From contig NIVC01000031.1 in the NCBI GenBank assembly GCA_002269645.1, positions 682,001-746,000 of the forward strand: DNA of 64,000 nt. The letters are read 5' to 3'. The position numbers were made by a program, and so were the translations under genes. The DNA comes from Macrostomum lignano (Eukaryota). Shown here in pieces: positions 59,300 through 64,000 of this stretch (the first letter of the stretch is position 1; the number at the start of each line of letters is the position of its first letter). The notes beneath the pieces are model-generated. The model did no database searches, had not been told where the DNA came from, and was given only the letters and a program-made list of their open reading frames with translations.

Positions 59300-61160
59300 T
59301 AACTTACCCCTCACTCTCTCTTACCCTCATTCTCTCTTGTCCCTCAGTCTCCTCTTACTCCTCAGTCTCTTACCCTCAGTCTCTTAGCCTTCAGTCTCTC
59401 TTACCCCTTCAGTCTCTCTTACCCCTCAGTCTCTATCACCCCTCAATCTCTCTTACCCCTTCAGTCTCTATCACCTCTCAATCTCTCTTACCCCTCAGTC
59501 TCTATCACCCCTCAATCTCTCTTACCCCTTCAGTCTCTATCACCTCTCAATCTCTCTTACCCCTCAATCTCTCTTACCCCTCAGTCTCTCTTACCTCTCA
59601 ATCTCTCTTACCCCTCAGTCTCTATCACCCCTCAATCTCTCTTACCCCTTCAGTCTCTATCACCTCTAAATCTCTCTTACCCCTCAATCTCTCTTACCCC
59701 TCAGTCTCTCTTACCCCTCAGTCTCTCTTACCCCTTCAGTCTCTCTTACCCCTTCAGTCTCTATCACCTCTCAATCTCTCTTACCCCTCAATCTCTCTTA
59801 CCCCTCAATCTCTCTTACCCCTTCAGTCTCTCTTACCCCTCAATCTCTCTTACCCCTCAATCTCTCTTACCCCTCAATCTCTCTTACCCCTTCAGTCTCT
59901 CTTACCCCTCAATCTCTCTTACCCCTTCAGTCTCTCTTACCCCTCAATCTCTCTTACCACTTCAGTCTCTATTACCCCTCAGTTTCCCTTACCCCTCAGT
60001 CTCTCTATTACCCCTCAGTCTCTCTATTACCCCTCAGTCTCTCTTACCCCTCAATCTCTCTTACCCCTTCAGTCTCTATTACCCCTCAGTTTCCCTTACC
60101 CCTCAGTCTTCCTTACCCCTCAGTCTCTCTATTACCCCTCAGTCTCTCTCACCCCTCAGTCTCTCTCACCCCTCAGTCTCTCTATTACCCCTCAGTCTCT
60201 CTATTACCCCTCAGTCTCTCTATTACCCCTCAGTCTCCCTTACCTCTCAGTCTCTCTATTACCCCTCAGTCTCCCTTACCTCTCAGTCTCTCTATTACCC
60301 CTCAGTCTCTCTATTACCCCTCAGTCTCTCTATTACCCCTCAGTCTCCCTTACCTCTCAGTCTCTCTATTACCCCTCAGTCTCTCTATTACCCCTCAGTC
60401 TCTCTATTACCCCTCAGTCTCTATTACCCCCAGTCTCTCTTACCCCCTCAGTCTCTCTATTACCCCCAGTCTCTCTCTTACCCCTCAGTCTCCCTTACCC
60501 CTCAGTCTCTATTACCCCTCAGTCTCTCTATTACCCCTCAGTCTCCCTTACCTCTCAGTCTCTCTATTACCCCTCAGTCTCCCTTACCTCTCAGTCTCTC
60601 TATTACCCCTCAGTCTCTCTACTACCCCTCAGTCTCTCTATTACCCCTCAGTCTCTATTACCCCCAGTCTCTCTTACCCCCTCAGTCTCTCTATTACCCC
60701 CAGTCTCTCTCTTACCCCTCAGTCTCCCTTACCCCTCAGTCTCTATTACCCCCTCAGTCTCTCTATTACCCCCAGTCTCTCTATTACCCCTCAGTCTCTC
60801 TATTACCCCTCAGTCTCTCTATTACCTCTCAGTCTCTCTCACCCCTCAGTCTCTCTATTACCCCTCAGTCTCCCTTACCCCTCAGTCTCTATTACCCCTC
60901 AGTCTCTCTATTACCCGCCAGTCTCTCTTACCCCCTCAGTCTCTCTATTACCCCCCAGTCTCTCCCTTACCCCTCAGTCTCTATTACCCCCCAGTCTCTC
61001 TTACCCCTCAGTCTCTCTATTACCCCTCAGTCTCCCTTACCCCTCAGTCTCTATTACCCCCCAGTCTCTCTTACCCCTCAGTCTCTCTATTACCCCTCAG
61101 TCTCTCTATTACCCCTCAGTCTCTCTATTACCCCTCAGTCTCTCTTCCCCTCAGTCTCCC
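59300..61160. repeat. 17-19-bp pyrimidine-rich array CCCCTCAGTCTCTCTATTA / CCCCTCAATCTCTCTTA
   Basis: Visible tandem units. Confidence 0.95.
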
Positions 61161-61352
61161 ACTGGCTCATCTATGTAATCAAAGTCCCTAATCTCCAAGA
61201 GTATGCTGGATTAAATTTAGCAACGAGTTGATATCTATGGCAGGTCTTAAATTTCAACACATATTAACATCAGACTCTGTTACAACCAGAGCTCCCCATT
61301 AGTTTAACTTGCTCTTGTCATTTACTCAAAAACCAGTTGGAAAACGCACAGA

Positions 61353-63334
61353 ATGGGCCTCGAGACTCTGCAATATTTCTTATTTGACTGCACCGGAGCC
61401 AAAGCAAAACGTGGCTATTATATCGTTGCCTGCTTCATATCAGTAGTATCTATCGCAACTACACTAACTAGTATAATTAGTTTCTGTGTTGACTATCTTG
61501 ACGAACAAGCGATCTATCACAGTCTACCCAATAAAGGCCATTTTATTGGATATGTGCTATGCCTGTCCATTGCCCTTGTAGCAACAGTACCAACTCTGGT
61601 GCTGGCAGCTCTGGCAGTTCACGACCTGCCGCAGTACGAGAAACGGCCGATCGGCTTTGCTAATTGGCTGTGCAGTTCGGCCAAGTTCGACAATTTCTAT
61701 TGCCACGGCAGCGCTACTCGCTATCTGCTGTTTGCTACACTGTCAGCTGCAACTGTCATCCTGTGCAACACTTTGTCAGTCTGTGCGTTGCACTATGGTG
61801 TTGCTAGCCTGTTTAGCCTAGCAACAGTTGCCAGGGCTGGTAGCTCCATTGATCGATTGCAGCACCGGCTGGGCTGCTGCGGACTTGCTGGGCCGGATGA
61901 CTGGAAGAGACGGCAGTGGCCTGGGGTGCCTAAGAGCTGCACTGCGGAGCTTTGGACAGATGGTGACAGTGTGGGTGAGTGACAGATTTAGTGTAGAGTG
62001 ACAGATTGGTGTAGAGTGACAGATTGGTGTAGAGTGATAGATTGGTGTAGAGTGACAGATTGGTGTAGAGTGACAGATTGATTGAGAGTGACAGATTTAG
62101 TGTAGAGTGACAGATTGGTGTAGAGTGACAGATTGGTGTAGAGTGACAGATTGGTGTAGAGTGACAGATTGGTGTAGAGTGACAGATCGGTGTAGAGTGA
62201 CAGATTGGTGTAGAGTGACAGATTGGTGTAGAGTGACAGATCGGTGTAGAGTGACAGATTGATGTAGAGTGACAGATTGATGTTGAGTGACAGATTGATG
62301 TTGAGTGACAGATTGGTGTAGAGTGACAGATTGGTGTAGAGTGACAGATTGGTGTAGAGTGACAGATTGATTGAGAGTGACAGATTGGTGTAGAGTGACA
62401 GATTGGTGTAGAGTGACAGATTGGTGTAGAGTGACAGATTGGTGTAGAGTGACAGATTGGTGTAGAGTGACAGATCGGTGTAGAGTGACAGATTGGTGTA
62501 GAGTGACAGATTGATTGAGAGTGACAGATTGATTGAGAGTGACAGATTGGTGTAGAGTGACAGATTGGTGAAGAGTGACAGATTGGTGTAGAGTGACAGA
62601 TTGATTGAGAGTGACAGATTGGTGTAGAGTGACAGATCGGTGTAGAGTGACAGATTGATGTTGAGTGACAGATTGATTAAGAGTGACAGATTGATTAAGA
62701 GTGACAGATTGGTGTTGAGCGACAGATTGATTAAGAGTGACAGATTGGTGTTGAGTGACAGATTGATTAAGAGTGACAGATTGGTGTAGAGTGACAGATT
62801 GGTGTAGAGTGACAGATTGATTGAGAGTGACAGATTGGTGTAGAGTGACAGATTGATTGGGAGTGACAGATTGGTGTAGAGTGACAGATTGGTGTAGAGT
62901 GACAGATTGATTGAGAGTAAAAGATTGATTGAGAGGGACAGATAGATGTAGAGTGACAGATAATGAAAACTTCAATAATCGTATAAAATGAAAGATTAGG
63001 CACAAGATTAAAATATTGACTTCATAGAATAGACCTGATTATTTATTGATTTCATGCAAGAGTAAAAATAGTTCAAATTCAGGAAAATTTAAGCTATTCG
63101 AGAATAAATGCTTTTAACAGTTACTATTTATGACGCCAATCCAAACTAATTAACAGCAGAATCGTCGAAAAACATCACCTTGGTTAGCTCAGACGGCTGC
63201 GCAGCCACTCTGACAGGCGAACAGGCTGCGATCAAAGGAATCAGCAATATGCTGGTCTTCACGGGAGTCCTGCTGCTGCTGGCCGCCTGGACTCGGGTGG
63301 AACGGGTGGCTGAACTGACCGCCAAGGATGTCAG
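61353..63334 (+). CDS. Tetraspanin-like four-TM protein (exons 61353-61974, 63193-63334; 3' end uncertain)
   Basis: Four hydrophobic segments; large extracellular loop with CCG, DW, PKSC and GC motifs; phase-1 GTGAGT...CTCAG intron joins the frames. Confidence 0.75.
61980..62960. repeat. 18-bp array GTGTAGAGTGACAGATTG in the tetraspanin intron
   Basis: Visible tandem units starting at the donor. Confidence 0.95.
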
Positions 63335-63590
<256 letters not shown>

Positions 63591-63968
63591 CCTTAATCGT
63601 TTCCGGTGATCTTGTGTGCGTGCTTTCAGCAGCTTGATTGGCTGCGGCAAGAAAGCTCGAAAGAGCTCGCTTCGCTCGCTCTTTCTCGCTATCTACCATC
63701 TATTGCCAGGACCTGCACCGGAGCGGTTACGAAAATTAGATTTCTCGGTAGTTGCTCGCACTCTTTTGCACTACTTGAGTAGTCTGATTTTCGTTCGGCA
63801 TGGCTGGTTCCAGCAGGTAGTTCCTCTGGATAAAAGCGCTTACCGCGCCCATTGGCTTTCCAGCTGCCTTAATCGTTTCCGGTGATCTTGTGTGCGTGCT
63901 TTCAGCTTGATTGGCTGCGGCAAGCAAGCTCGAAAGAGCTCGCTTCGCTCGCTCTTTCTCGCTATCTA
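63591..63968. repeat. ~105-bp direct repeat (63591-63698 and 63867-63968)
   Basis: Both copies begin CCTTAATCGTTTCCGGTGATCTTGTGTGCGTGCTTTCAGC and end CTCGCTATCTA. Confidence 0.85.
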
Positions 63969-64000
63969 CTATCTATCTATCTATCTATCTATTTCAAGGA

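Overview
Eukaryotic (animal) genomic DNA: spliced genes with GC3-rich exons separated by introns and spacers filled with micro- and minisatellite arrays. The style resembles a free-living flatworm such as Macrostomum (inference only). Genes in order: (1) the 3' two-thirds of a talin gene (+, 130-26232; rod helical bundles to the I/LWEQ actin-binding domain and dimerisation helix), with four candidate in-frame cassette exons near the R12/R13 junction; (2) a divergent bestrophin (+, 31722-41696); (3) an ankyrin-repeat + STE/MAP3K-like kinase gene with three apparent lesions (+, 44182-46685); (4) an M1 aminopeptidase N with an uninterrupted ORF (-, 49637-52597); (5) a 5'-incomplete NHL-like beta-propeller gene (-, 54440-58910); (6) a tetraspanin-like gene (+, 61353-63334). 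No RNA genes, CRISPR arrays or transposase ORFs could be supported. The most striking signal is in the repeats. Many array units resemble the adjacent exon end or splice junction. Several carry AG|GT proto-splice sites in the sense strand. Four pairs of arrays are reverse complements of each other and bracket exons of the same gene. One 2.27-kb array sits inside the last bestrophin exon between 6-bp direct repeats and contains its own in-frame GT/AG, a candidate intron gain in progress. All splice models were built by hand and family calls rest on recalled motifs; no alignment or database search was run.
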